DNA of 64,000 nucleotides, taken from contig OZ249436.1 of the NCBI GenBank assembly GCA_965235115.1, forward strand, positions 8,806,001 to 8,870,000, given 5' to 3'. The stretch comes from Laetmonice hystrix (lineage: Eukaryota). Both the position numbers and the translations under genes were made by a program. This document shows, one piece after another, positions 1 through 47,500 of the stretch (the first letter of the stretch is position 1; each line of letters begins with the position of its first letter). The notes below the pieces were generated by a model, which did not search any database, had not been told where the DNA came from, and worked only from the letters and a program-made list of their open reading frames with translations.

Positions 1-33417
<33,417 letters not shown>

Positions 33418-36400
33418 AAATGGCTTCATGAACCAGTTGGCGATTTGGAACATTCTAGAAAACGTTAATGGTAACATACAGACTGCATTGGTGCTATTCG
33501 TTAGTGCTACCATAAAATGTGTACTCTTTCTTTCGTTTTATTACGGTGCTTTTAGAGAAGGCCAGTGGAACTGGCATTATTTACACCATGATGGTAGGTA
33601 TAAAATTTGTAACGGATCATAGCAGGCAAATGATCCAGATGATTAGAAGGTAGTACGCAAAGACGTGTCACAATGCTTACATATAATCTCAACGCAGGAT
33701 ATCACACGTATATCAAATATGTTATTATGCTAAATGTCGACAGTGGTCAGTAACGGGAGTGCTAAACTAGAAAACTTATACAAGTGCCTATCTCTCAGTT
33801 ACAGGTAGTTCCAGGCTAAGATACGGTCATAGACATTGGTGCAAACGTAGGTCCATTGTATACATTTACAGATCTATTAGTTATTTTGATTTTGTCCCTC
33901 ACTCAACAGAGACTTGAATTTCACACCCGCACAGTAATTCCTTCATCAGTAATTCGGAACAGTGTCGCGGCAGCATGAGAAAGGATCTGACTGGAATTCG
34001 AATCACTGCTTACCCGTGAGTTGTGCGGGTTTAGAGTAGGTGGCTGTACGAGTGGGTCGTTTAGCCCTGACAGGCGAGATGGATTTGATCTTCTACACAT
34101 GCGCAACAAAATGTGATATCATGCTACTTGACATGAACACTTGAAGGAGAGAAACGTCCTATTGCTACGTAGACGTTTTTCATTCGTCACTGGCCAGTAT
34201 ATTTCCTATTGTAATATGTATATAGGAGAAATCTGAAAAAAAGATAAAGTGCACATTTATTAAGTCAACTCTTTAACAATGATTGAGTAATCGTGAAATG
34301 TATCTATGGTATTCAGCTGCATGTTTGTGGGGTGGGGGCGCAAGGGAGTGACTGGCTAAAATAAATGGACCTTATCATTTGTCGTTTGCCACTATCCCCC
34401 CCCCTTACCGATATATCAGGATCCAGCGCAAGGCCCGCAGAAAGCTTTGGGCTCTCTGTCCTTTTTTTCACCAGATTTGGTTATGTGCTCGTCTTCGGGC
34501 TTTGTCCTACAGTCAATCGTCAATGTACAATGTACAGTTTGTGGAAGGTCCACTGTTAAACAAGCTATGTATGTATATATTGTACAGATACTCGTCAGTA
34601 CATAGATCGTGCGACTTGGCCCCGGGCATACTGTTGTCCAGCATTCCATACAATATGGAAGTAAAACTAAAGCTCATTATGGTTCAGTCTATACGACGAA
34701 CCCTGGTCTCGACTTTGGTCTAGAATACGTGGCAGATTGAAAACGTTTGTATTTTATTTCTACCACTAAAAATCATCGGCATCACGGTCATCACCATTAC
34801 TCTCACTGCTACCGTTTTTTAACCTCATCAAACCAATTCCTTGTTTCCCTGATGTGACCTGCCAGTGGTTACATATTATTCTCCCATTGGTGGCAGATTT
34901 GTAACACCTCTGGTGATTTTTCACCATTCCACACCCCTAGTTGCTCGTTATCACTGCTTAACGGAATCATAATATAAACATGTGCTTAGAATAACATGTA
35001 TATGTGGTCAATTATGTATTCGTATAAACATTTATATATAGCGTGTGTACATAAAATATCTAATTATATGAATATAGTGATAGAATTAATATCGACCATA
35101 AAACCGGTGGACCCTTTTTACTAATTAATGTTCACGTGCATTTACAAAAGCACGGTAGCCGCAAAAGGTGTACAGCAAAAGTTACTATGTACAGAAATTT
35201 TATGTAAATTGTACATATATATTTTTATGGTTATCTGTGATAACCAGTGTGACAGTGTATGAAAGAGACATCGCAATGTAGTGTCGAGCGTCCAGATGTA
35301 AACAAGATGCTGACTCCTTTCCTAGACCTTTTTTCAGCCAGACTTTATTCTCGAAATCTTCCACACTTCCAAGGAGCTTTCTTAAAGGTATCTGAGTCAT
35401 GAGTCTCCGCGATTAAGTTCTTATCCAACTGTATTTGCTTTGCCAGAAACCCATGGTGGCATATAAGCTGCAGGTTATTGTTTATCCTTTGTCCTTGTCA
35501 ATACTGGACTGATCATCCTGGTAGTTTATAGCGTCGACCTGGCAACCCGTGTTCTTCACGTCGACAACATGGCGCCAATCCTGGCCCTTGGAATGAGTGT
35601 GAGATTGTTAACATGGAATGCTGCAGTATGAAGAAAATATGTGTTATATTTCTCCCACGGGATGGAAATGTTTGTACTCTTCCATATCTGCACAATATTG
35701 TGTATCGGTAATACCATTTACCGGTAGTTGTTTTGTTTTTGTTTCTATGAAGAATTATAGTCTTTGTTCATGTAAACGATGAATAAAAATGTCCTAATTG
35801 GTCCTTGTTGACAAACACTGACAGCGACTTGTCCTTTTTGTTTAAATTATACTTTCACCAAGATCATTTAAAGCGATCCGAAACCGCCACTAGCAATAGG
35901 GCCCATGGATAACCATGGTATAGTGCCTTTTACCTGCCACCATCTAATTCCCACAAAGTCTGTGTGTTAAAAGTAATCCCCGATAGAAACTGACAGTTGC
36001 CCGTTTTCTCACTGCGTCCATCTTGCCGAAATTCACTGCCGTGAGACCTTAAAAAATGGCGTCCCTAGAGCCTACCCCATTCCCCCATCACTGTGTTGGT
36101 CAACCATCTTCACGGACACTATGTACAATAATGGTTACTGGTGAACTCGGACCATGGTTATCTCGGCCCATGTCGATTACATGACTTCATGTCCCATGCG
36201 TGCCCTGTCCCAGGCTCCATGCCTCACCCGACACCCGAGTCAGGTGGTCAAGAGTCTCAAGTCAACAACGGGCAGCACTCCCTTGCTCCCGGCGGGCTAG
36301 TTCAGTTTCTAAACGGTGTCTTCCAGAACACCGTTTAGTTGTCGAGTGACGCTGGCCTAGCGACTCGTGGACGCTCTGCGAAGAGGTCCGTTATCGCAAC

Positions 36401-37910
36401 TTTGCGGCCTTCGTTTTGGTACTAAACTTCTTCAACGGAGTATGAAATTGATTTTTATAGAGAGCCACAGTATTAAAATTTCTATTCCGACTTTGATTAT
36501 AATTATTGGACAAATATAACGTCCACACGGTCCGGTTGTTTACGAGCATGTCGGGTCCGTAGGTCCGTCAGCCATCTGCGGTGCACCGAGTGACCGGGAA
36601 CTGATAAAAGTTAGATCGGTACTGGTACCCGAAACGGGTAGCTTCACTCTGTGCCGTCAGCGTCTGCTTGAACAGAGCGCGACCTACTTATGCGGTCCGT
36701 TCCGGATCAACTGTAGAATTGGAAAATACGCACACCCGATAAACTGGGTCACCGCTCGTCACCCGCGCTGCGCTGTATTTGACCAAACAAACTGAGAATT
36801 TCACCTACTAAGATAACATCCAACGAAATACATTTACGTATCTGTTGAAGTAACCTCTTTTGTGTACTCTCAGCAAGTTTCAGTGCCAAAAGTGGTCTGA
36901 AACATGACTTTGAGGCGATGATGCGCGATAGGACCGAGATAGAACCCCGGCAGCATAGCAGTCGCTGGCGCATTTGTACTCGACGGTCAGAGTCCGTATG
37001 GACGTAAGGACTAGGACTCTGACTTGTTGGAGTACCGGCGGGCGTGCACTGGTGGTTGGACGGGGCCAGACATGCCAATTTGGTCGATCGACAACGTAGT
37101 GAAAAATCTCTTACCGGGCGCTTAAACGAACAGAAATTCGTCGCAATACCCTCCAACGCATGAAATGGTGGCTGAAAGCTATTATTTATACGGAGAATTG
37201 TCAACTAGAGAATGAAATGTAGGCCTACACTGGTTGGGTCATGGATGGAGTCTGACAGTAGTGACAGACTACGGCAGTCTACGGCCGGGGACATGGCGTG
37301 CACTGCCACTGTCAAAGCGTCGGGCTACCGTTCAGCTAGCACACCCAGGCATATCTTCACGAAGGATCAGCACCAAGTCAGTGGTGTGGTTAGACCTGCC
37401 GATCGGTCTCCTAGTACTATGACACGGATAATCTTACTCGCAGCTCTCAGTCTAGACTCTTTGACTACCTTGTATCCTCACCCGATCTGACAGCTGGTCG
37501 AAACTCGCGGCTCTGGCGACGTCACACTTCCGGGTGACCTGACTGTTTTTGATTGGCTGAATCAATCTCCCATGTGATAATGTGATGTAAAATGGCGCCG
37601 AGTTCATTTCTCGGCTAGAGGTACGGTACTCGTAGTTTAAGGTTGGCATTCTCGTTTATGTAAAACCTATTGACCTGCATTTATTGCTGATGTTATTCTT
37701 TATTGTATAAGGCATATGGGAAGGTATAAGGTAGCTGGATTGTTGCATTTGGCTTTAATATCTCGGATTCTTGTATTCTGCTCTAGTAGATCTATACTTA
37801 CCAGCCATCTACTTACCGGGCAGAAAACGCCTAATTTAAGAATAGTTTGTTTGATATAGCGTGATTTCTATTGCTTTCTCCACCCTCCCTTACTAATGCA
37901 AGACCTGCTA

Positions 37911-38572
37911 TACCCCCTTTACACAGGGGTGGCGATCGTTGAGAGATCGTCGAGTGAGGAAGAAATGGACATCTCTCAACGATGTTTCAATGAGCGCCCA
38001 GCGTTCGCCAAGATCTGGCAATGATCTCTCAATGATCTTCCAGTGATCTCCACGGTCTTCTCAAAGGTTTGACTCAGTCCAAACAATCTCTCAACGGTCG
38101 CCAAGGGAAGCGATCTCTCAACGAACGCCGAACGAACCCCCTAACCCCCCTATTTTCCCTGTCGCCCAAGAAACGCTCAACAACCTCCTTGGTCGCCCAA
38201 GGAACTCTCAATGATCCCTCAGATCTCTCCTGCGTCTCTCAGTGATCTCCGTAGATCACTCAGTGATCTCTTTTTGTCGCACAACGAGCAGCAAACTCTC
38301 AATGGTCGCTGCATGAGGCTATAGTCTCCAGTGATCTCTCACGTATCTTTCAATGAGCGCGCAATTAGCGCCAAGGTCGCTCAAAGATCTCTGTAGATCG
38401 CCATGAAAGTTGGCGAAAATTGCATTTTTGATCGCACAAAAAGCGCACAAGGATATCCCAAACATTTACACAGGAACGGCTTTTTCGAGGCTTTAGGAGA
38501 TCGTTGAGAGTTGGGGCCAATTTTTGATCGCTCAATGGTCACCCAACGATCTCCGTGTGTGTAAAGGGGCCC
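37911..38572. mobile_element. MITE with ccctttacaca TIRs and gatctctc subrepeats
   Basis: cccctttacacag...gatcgttg is inverted to caacgatctccgtgtgtgtaaagggg. Confidence 0.6.
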
Positions 38573-39176
38573 TTAACGATCGCCAAGGAGGCGAATTCAG
38601 AATTGTTTTAAAATTGCATTTATCGAGCGTTTTCTAATCTTTAATGATAAATTCATCCAGAGGGACATTCCTCAATGAAATTCATCGGTTTGAGTGGCAC
38701 AGCGCCATGGCACGCTAAATCGCTTGAAACCGTTTCATTTCCTACACTGCAGCCTTGCCGTAAAACCTATGATTGAACTGCTGATTTTTCAGATATTTAG
38801 TTTGAAAGCGCTTACAAGAGGTCATAAGGGATTATGCCGCTCAACACGGAATGTAAGATTTCATTACTGGGATAGAGCAGGAGTATTTAACGCTGAAGTG
38901 ATAATGAAAGCTGTTTCATCGGTTACGTTTTCACCATGCTGACGGCAAGCAGACTGACACTGTGGAAACAGGGCCAGAAAATTCTCAGTCACACTACGGA
39001 TTCAATTCGATGGTTTTCCCTTGAAGCAAAGGACAGGAACTTTAAAAAACGGTAGAAAACGTTTCTCGGGGGCGGTCCCACATAAGGTGCAGCTTTAATT
39101 GGGCCCTTTTTTTTAGTAAGACAGGCCTCAGCTGATGATTTGGTGTCATTTTTCATACAACAAATTCCTTTCCTTA

Positions 39177-40246
39177 AGGCCGCCGCATACGACAAACATA
39201 TTCGCGAACATTTGTTCACGAACAAAAATCCGCTCAGACAATTATTGCTCGCGAACAATTGTTCTTCGGTATTCGACATGCAGATGTTTAACAGAAATTC
39301 GTGGTTAAAGGCCGCCGCACACGACGAACATTTGTGCGCGAACATTTGTTCCGGAACAAAAATCCACTCGTGTGCGGTGATCAAAACGCCGAATGAACAA
39401 TTGTTCGTCGGTATTCAACATGTTTAATATTTCCGAACAAATGTTCGTCGTCTGCGCTAAAGGCCGCAGCACACGACGAACATTTGTGCGCGAACATTTG
39501 TTCCCGAACAAAAATCCGCTCGTGTGCGGTGATCAAAACGCTGAACGAACAATTGTTCGTCGGTATTAAACATGTTGAATACCGACGAACAATTGTTCGT
39601 TCGGCGTTTTGATCACCGCACATGAGCGGATTTTTGTTCGGGAACAAATGTTCGCGCACAAATGTTTGTCGTGTGCGGCGGCCTTTAACCACGAATTTCT
39701 GTTAAACATCTGCATGTCGAATACAGACGAACAATTGTTCACGAACAATAATTCTCTGAGCGGATTTTTGTTCGTGAACAAATGTTCGCGAATATGTTCG
39801 CCGTGTGCAGCAGCCTTTACCGCAGACGACGAAATGTTCGGAAATATTAAACATGTTGAATACTGACGAACAATTGTTCGTTCGGCGTTTTGATCACCGC
39901 ACACGAGCGGATTTTTGTTTGGAAACAAATGTTCGCGCACAAATGTTCGTCCTGTGCGGCGGCCTTTAACCACGAATTTCTGTTAAACATCTGCATGTCG
40001 AATACCGACGAACAATTGTTCACGAACAATAATTCTCTGAGCGGATTTTTGTTCGTGAATATATGTTCGCGAAAATGTTCGTCGTGTGCGACGGCCTCTA
40101 CCGCAGACGACGAAATGTTCGGAAATATTAAACATGTTGAATACCGACGAACAATTGTTCGTTTGGCGTTTTGATCACCGCACACGAGCGGATTTTTGTT
40201 CGGAAACAAATGTTCGCGCACAAATGTTCGTCGTGTGCGGCGGCCT
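39177..40246. mobile_element. palindromic composite Harbinger-type MITE, TTA TSD
   Basis: TTA|AGGCCGCCGCA...TGCGGCGGCCT|TTA; internal TIR copies at ~39308, 39460, 39680 and 39960; symmetry axis near 39570. Confidence 0.8.
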
Positions 40247-42469
40247 TTATATGCCAGTTTTTTCAGCTGCCACTTACAATGGGAATGTACTAAAGAGGAA
40301 CACCGAGCCATGTACTGATGGTAGAAAATATGCAAACACTGCATGTTTAAGATACTAATAATTTTATTTCTTTAAGTCAAAATCCACAATTACAAACATT
40401 ATCGACGGTGTTTCATTCGGCTTCAGACAAATAACAGTCAATTCACCTTTACATTTACAGGACGATACTCTTTACCTGCTTTATTTATTATCAACTCACT
40501 CTTCATTCATCCTAGAATCTGATGCAAATTGGGAATGATAGAACAAAAATAGAGAGGTTCCACAAACCTATGACTATTATATTTGTGTGACGGTTAGGGT
40601 GTCAGTTCCCATCACCATGGGTTCAGGCCTATTATTATGACGGTAGCCACAGTTTGTAGCCTTGCTAACCGTGAGTGTAAAATCTTATTTCACACATACA
40701 GCCCGTTTGCTTCATCCTAATAAATCCAACAGAAAAATATGATTTTTTAACACTTAGACACTAGTTGAACCTCAGAGGGCCACTTAAAATGACATCAATA
40801 GCTGAAGTTGGCGTATCATCCATGAAATTTTCCGATGGTCAGGCGTAGCCTGTAGAGTGACGACGATTTGCCATCATTAGATATGGGTAATTGTAGATTG
40901 CCGCAGAGGTGTTACTCCACTAGACACCAGTACTAAGAGCAGGGAAAGTAATCTACTAATTACTGCAGTCAGGGGGTTGCGGTACCTCCCTATTAGCCAC
41001 ATTAAAAGCTGTACATACGATTACGAAGCACACTTCAGTGATTACAAGGTAGACAAGCAAACCATTTAATATATCACACGTATTTTATTGATATAGCATA
41101 CCATGATTGATCAGGAGAGAGGACATGTATAGATAGACCCTAAATCTCATGGCTGTCAATGTATAAACAGACAACTACTTGTAATTCGATATATATATTC
41201 TGACCACCCTCACACTTCAAAATAAATAAATAAATATTAAACAAAAAATAAACCGACTTCTGATGGCTGCGTTGTATAGACACGACCTACATATTATGAC
41301 TGTAGATTGGAGAGGCTGTAAAACAACTTCACTCAGTCGCACAAATTTTCATTATATATTCTAGATTAGGATATAAACCAACTTCCTATTGCTGACCATA
41401 TACACTGTATAATAGGAACTCAGTTCCGTTTGTTGTATAATGAGGGAGACATTCCGAAACTGCTGCCGTAATATATTGACCCAGAGGAAATCAGCTAAAG
41501 TTAGCAGGATGTAGGAATGCGAGGGAAAAAAGAAACTGGCCGGCGTCAACATCTTATATAGATTCAGGGCATTTTGTGGGGCCAGTCGGAGCTCCAGGGT
41601 TCCCTTGCCTTGTGGAACTAGTAGCCAAAGGAGAGTTGCGGTTGACAGCAAGGCAAGAGGTCGCATGTATACATACGTCACACATACGTCACACAACTCA
41701 AACCACTGTCATACGGACTTGGAATTCGGCCTACCGATCATAAATAAAATCATTTATGTTTCAGTAAAGTCTATTATTCCTTCCCGGAATTTTACGATTA
41801 ACCTTATCTTTACCATTATTATACAGTATTACGCTGTCATGTAGGAACTTTACCAGTCAATTTATCACATATAAATGCATCACCCTATGCATTTCTTTGA
41901 ATTGTCATTATCATTTTTTCCTACATTAGTGTCTCACGTCAACCATATCACCAGCCCTGCGACTTGCACTTCTTACCCCCTCATATCACCCCCTGTTTTA
42001 CCCTCATTAAATCTCAATGAGTCACCCCTTATTCTCCACCTAATGAGTGACAACAAACATCAAGGAACCTGACCATTGTTCTACTTTATGACTTACCAAT
42101 CAGCCCAAACAACTCGCTACTCGTGACAGTCATGTCACCATACAGCAACCCGGGTAAAGGATTGAAATGACGACATTACACGGAACAGAACATTAACACG
42201 AAATACAACCTACGTATTATCGTTTAGAACTGAGTGATGACCAATATCTCTGGTTCAAAACTCAACACCCACTCCGCCCCCCCTTATATACATCTTCCAA
42301 CACTATCACTCGCCATGTATTAATTCATTAACATAATACTGTTTCTCCACTGATACGAAACACATCAACCCATTCTATTCCAATATGAAACTTTTTACCA
42401 CTGGCTATGAAGAACGCTGAAATAAATAAGTCAGAACCTTAAGTGATAGCCCCCGTGTTATTAGTCAGG

Positions 42470-42610
42470 AAAAAAAATCACCCCAGTGTCATTACAGTGA
42501 GAAAGAAATCACCGCAGTGTCATTATTGAAGTGAGAAAAAAAATCACCCCAGTCTCATTACAGTGAGAAAGAAATCACCCCAGTGTCATTACAGTGAGAA
42601 AGAAATCAAC
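42470..42610 (+). repeat. ~31-bp tandem repeat
   Basis: agtgagaaagaaatcaccccagtgtcattac, about 4 copies. Confidence 0.8.
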
Positions 42611-44514
42611 AGCTTTGATACTACACCATTGGAAGCACTGTAACTATAGCGTTAAGGTTGATCAGCTCAGCCTCTGACCTGCCACAAACAGAACGAGTCT
42701 ATTTAACAAATCAAGGATAGAACAGCTTCAACATACAGGGCGCATGGCCCCACTCAGTAAAGCTGCTCATGAGAATTGAGATATAATAAAACACCTCAAA
42801 CAAACAAACAAACAAAATACAAACCTTGCTTGTGTCCATTGTACATGTAATATGAGGAATCTGAAACCATCTGCCTATTACCCAGCATACAGTGCACAAC
42901 TCCTGCGGGTCTGAATCAGGGGTCAATCATTATTATATGAACCCAAACTACTGCTTCCGGTTCATTCTATTGATAAAAACAACCTTAAAATAAACTCCAC
43001 ATCACATGTTTGTCATCACCATGTCTAGTCTATCTCCTCTCCACCTACCGGTATCTACCGGTACCTACAAAGGCCACTTACACTCCGCCCTTAGTCTACT
43101 TACTGGGTTGTGTTTCTAACAGGCTGGGAATTAGCAATCCACAACCTTGCTTCCATGAAGTGACTAGCATTGACATTTTACATTCACAACATAAAGGTAA
43201 TGTTCCAATTCACAACACTTTCCTTAAACGAGGAAAAAGATTGGGCTATGACGTAAGTCACGTAGAAAGTGTCCACACTCGATATGAACACTGAGATTAC
43301 ACAATAGAAATACTTTCCAGATATATACCCATCTGGTTAGAAAACAAACCAAGTGGATTTCCTGGATTCTCTAACAGACATAGCTACAGAGTGATCATAA
43401 AATAGATTCTCGTAAAAAAAACCAGCACAAATATAAATCCATGTTAGAGCACAAACAGATATCGAGGAATACTCTGACGCAGGCCTTTTGCACCAGCTAT
43501 TAATGAACCCATGTATTACAACGCAGTTTGCTTCAGATATCAACATTGCGAAAATAAAATATTTGAATCCATAGATTAGAATGTACTATCTAGTGATTGG
43601 GAGACTATCTAGTGATTGGGAGACTATCTAGCGTATATTACTGGAGTAATCTTAATTCAGGCACATGAAGTAATCATCCTCATACTACCTCATACTACCC
43701 ATATAGTATTAGCCACTTTATATCGTGATTTCTTCCCCTTGAGAGACGTTGATTGTGCAACTTGCAGAAAAAGACTCCTCAGAAAAAAATGTACCATATT
43801 ATAATAAATCCGTTGTTATATCGTAATAATATATATATATATATATATATATAATTCAGGTTGCTACTTTCTAGAATACCTTTGGTCAATATTCTGAAAA
43901 TCATTCTTATTGTTTGGCACAAATTAAATTTCAAGAAAGATTTTACAGAATAGTGGCATTTTGACCGACATACTAGGCAAGAATATTGCAGTGCCCAGAA
44001 CGAGCATTAAGTAAAGTTTACAACGTCAGACGTCACTGTAAACTAGGTCTAAAAGTCGCCTTGTGTTTTCCTGCGACATTTGACTGTCTTCTCTGTTACA
44101 TCATGAGTGAAGCTATAGAAAGGAACTGGAACATTGCTGTTATTATTTGAGTCTACTCCAGCTTCTGTATCTGCCATGAGCAAACCGATTGTGACTGAGA
44201 GCCATGGATGAAGATGAATGACACATGCCTAGTTTCGTGTGTATTTCATTATTTCTGATGAGCAAAATTTGGGTCTACCCTAGTTGCTCTAGTTCTGTTC
44301 ACCTACATGTACATGTATCTTCTACCCACTGTTCACTGTCAAGATAACCAACTAAGTGTACTGGTTAAGACGGTGACGTTTCGTCATAAAAATAGCACAC
44401 TGGGTTTATGACAGACGTAGGTTAAATATTGCCTTTGGTCAGGCCCTAGTCTTAGTCGATGTCCCATAGCAAAACCGAACGCAACCATTATTCTGTGACA
44501 TGGCAGCTGTCAGA

Positions 44515-47500
44515 AGTTCACCTAACACACTGTCCTGTGACACAGCTCACATAACACACTGTCCTGTGACACAGCTCACATAACACACTGTCCTGTGACA
44601 CAGCAGTTGTCGCAAGGCTCACATAACACACTGTCCTGTGACACAGCTCACATATAGAGCGGGAGCCCAGAAGGTTTATTCATGTAAACGAGGGCAAAAG
44701 GTTTGACTTCTGGGATGTATAGATTCATTCTCTCATATCTAAGAAGTGGATTGCTGCCGGCAAAAAAAAGCGGCTTTGACCCCCAAAACACCCAAAAAAG
44801 GGTGCAAAAAATGACATTTATTCATGTGAACGAGGGCAAAGCTGAAAACAGTTTCAAATCTTTAGTTGGGCCTCACTGATTATTAAATGGCCATTGACAG
44901 CAATTTTAGATGCGGCTACCCCCCCGACAGCAACCCCCAAAGGGGGGGTAAAAAATTACATTTATTCATGTGAACGAGGGCAAGGCTGAAACTAGTCTAG
45001 AAATGTTCGTTGAGTGTCTCTGAATACCAAATGACCAATGACAGCAATTTTGAGAGCGGCTTTACCCCCGACAGCAACGTTCAAAGTACCCCCCCCCCCC
45101 CGACACTAGGAGTTGGACGGAAATAACATTTATTTATGTGAACGAGGGCAAGGCTGAAACTAGTCTAGAAATGTTCTTTGAGTGTCCCTGAATACAAAAT
45201 GACCAATGACAGCAATTTTAGATGCGGCTACCCCCCTGACAGCAACCCCCAAGGGGGGCGGGGGGGGGGGTAAGAAAATTACATATATATTCATGTGAAC
45301 GAGGGCAAGGATAGAAATAGTCTAGAAATGTTTGTTGGGTGTGTTTGAATACAAAATGACCAATGACAGCAATTTTAGATGCGGCTCCCCCCCTGACAGC
45401 AACCCCCAAGGGGGGGCGGGGGGGTAAGAAAATTACATATATATTCATGTGAACGAGGGCAAGGATGGAAATAGTCTAGAAATGTTTGTTGGGTGTGTTT
45501 GAATACAAAATGACCAATGACAGCAATTTTAGATGCGGCTACCCTCCTGACAGCAACCCCCAAGGGGGGCGGGGGGGTGTGTGTGTGTAAGAAAATTACA
45601 TATATTCATGTGAACGAGGGCAAGGATGGAAATAGTCTAGAAATGTTTGTTGGGTGTGTTTGAATACAAAATGACCAATGACAGCAATTTTAGATGCGGC
45701 TACCCCCCTGACAGTAACCCCAAGGGGGACGGGGGGGGAGAAAATTACATATATAGAAGTCTATATATTCATGTGAACGAGGGCAAGGATGGAAATAGTA
45801 TAGAAATGTTTATTGTGTGTCTCTGAAAACAAAATGACCAATGGCAGCAGTGCACAAACCACAGTAGACTAAGACAACTACACGGTGGAACAATGGCAAC
45901 AATAAAATTCCTTTGGGGGAAGGGGTGTAAAAATAACATATCTTCTAATTTGAGGAAACCAAACAACAGTAAACAAAAATTAGGTCTAACAACGCTATAT
46001 AAAGACTTCCAGCAGCGTAAGTTGGGAGCTCGGAATGTCACCCAGTTCAAGCTTGAAACATTTTAGAAAGTGTTATATCGTTCTATTTGATATTAGTCTC
46101 AGGATATTATAGCATTGTAATACCTCTGTAAACATCACTGTAGGCCCCTGATCCGACAGAGCATAAATTGCAACCTGGCATATCTATTGTCATATTTAAC
46201 GTCATTATCAAAGTTTTGGGAACTGTTAAATTACTAAACAAAACTCGCTGTAGTTTCTTTTGCAATAATTTCAATGTGAATTGATTCCCACCGCGAGCGT
46301 GTTTTGAAGCACCTGAGTTCAGAAAAATTAAGCTTTTAGTCTGCTAATTACGCCGGTAACGGAGCACATCTGTAATTTATAATACATGTTCCGGAACATC
46401 CATATGGCCCCATAGTTATCGCGTCACCCTGAAACGTGTATAAATCAGATCAGTCCGTATGGCACTCCTGTGCCATACGGACCACCTTATGAAACAATCA
46501 GTGTTTAATCTACCGATGCGGCTTTCCGAGTAAAACATTGTCATTGACAGCAGTTTAACCATGGCTTCCTCCCTGACAGCAGTGGGGAAGAAGAAGTAAC
46601 ATTATTCAAGTGGGTGGAAAGAAGTGTGGAACTTAAACGTGTAATTTTGGTGGGTGGGTCGAACTTTGTCTTACTGGGTGGACGCCTTCTTTTCACTGCA
46701 CAAACCTGCTGAAGCACTGTGAGTGATAGAAATGATATTCTTGTAGTTCAGAGTTGCATATTTCCCCTAACAATCGCAAATTGGTCCCTTGAAGAGTTGT
46801 TCTATACGGCTTGCAGCATTCTTTGCTGTTTCCCAGTTATCAGGTTTGAGCTTTAAACTTTGGGGGTTGCTGTTGGGGGGGGGGGGTAGATAGCCGCACC
46901 TAAAGTTGATGTAAAAGACCATTTTATATTAGGTGAGTCCCAAGTGAAGATTTGAGACTGTTTCCAGATTTGCCCTCGTTCACTTGAATTAACGTCACCT
47001 TTCACCCAACCCTGGGCAGGGAGGGGGGGGGGTGACTTTGAACGTTGCTGTCGGCTCTCAAACGGCTCTCAAAATTGCTGCCATTGGTCATTTTGTTTTC
47101 AGAGGCACACAATAAACATTTCTATACTATTTCCATCCTTGCCCTCGTTCACATGAATTTTCTTACCACCCCCCAGCAGGTTGCTGTCAGGGGGGTAGCC
47201 GCATCTAAAATTGCTGTCATTGGTCATTTTGTATTCAAACACACAACAAACATTTCTAGACTATTTCCATCCTTGCCCTCGTTCACATGAATATATAGAC
47301 TTCTATATGTAATTTTCTTACCCCCCCCGTCCCCCTTGGGGGTTGCTGTCAGGGGGGTAGCCGCATCTAAAATTGCTGTCATTGGTCATTTTGTATTCAA
47401 ACACACCCAACAAACATTTCTAGACTATTTCCATCCTTGCCCTCGTTCACATGAATATATAGACTTCTATATGTAATTTTCTTACCCCCCCCCCGCCCCC

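Noticed and set aside
36749..37490. 151-aa and 92-aa ORFs in the intergenic region
   Set aside because: No recognisable motif or consistent exon chain; left unassigned.
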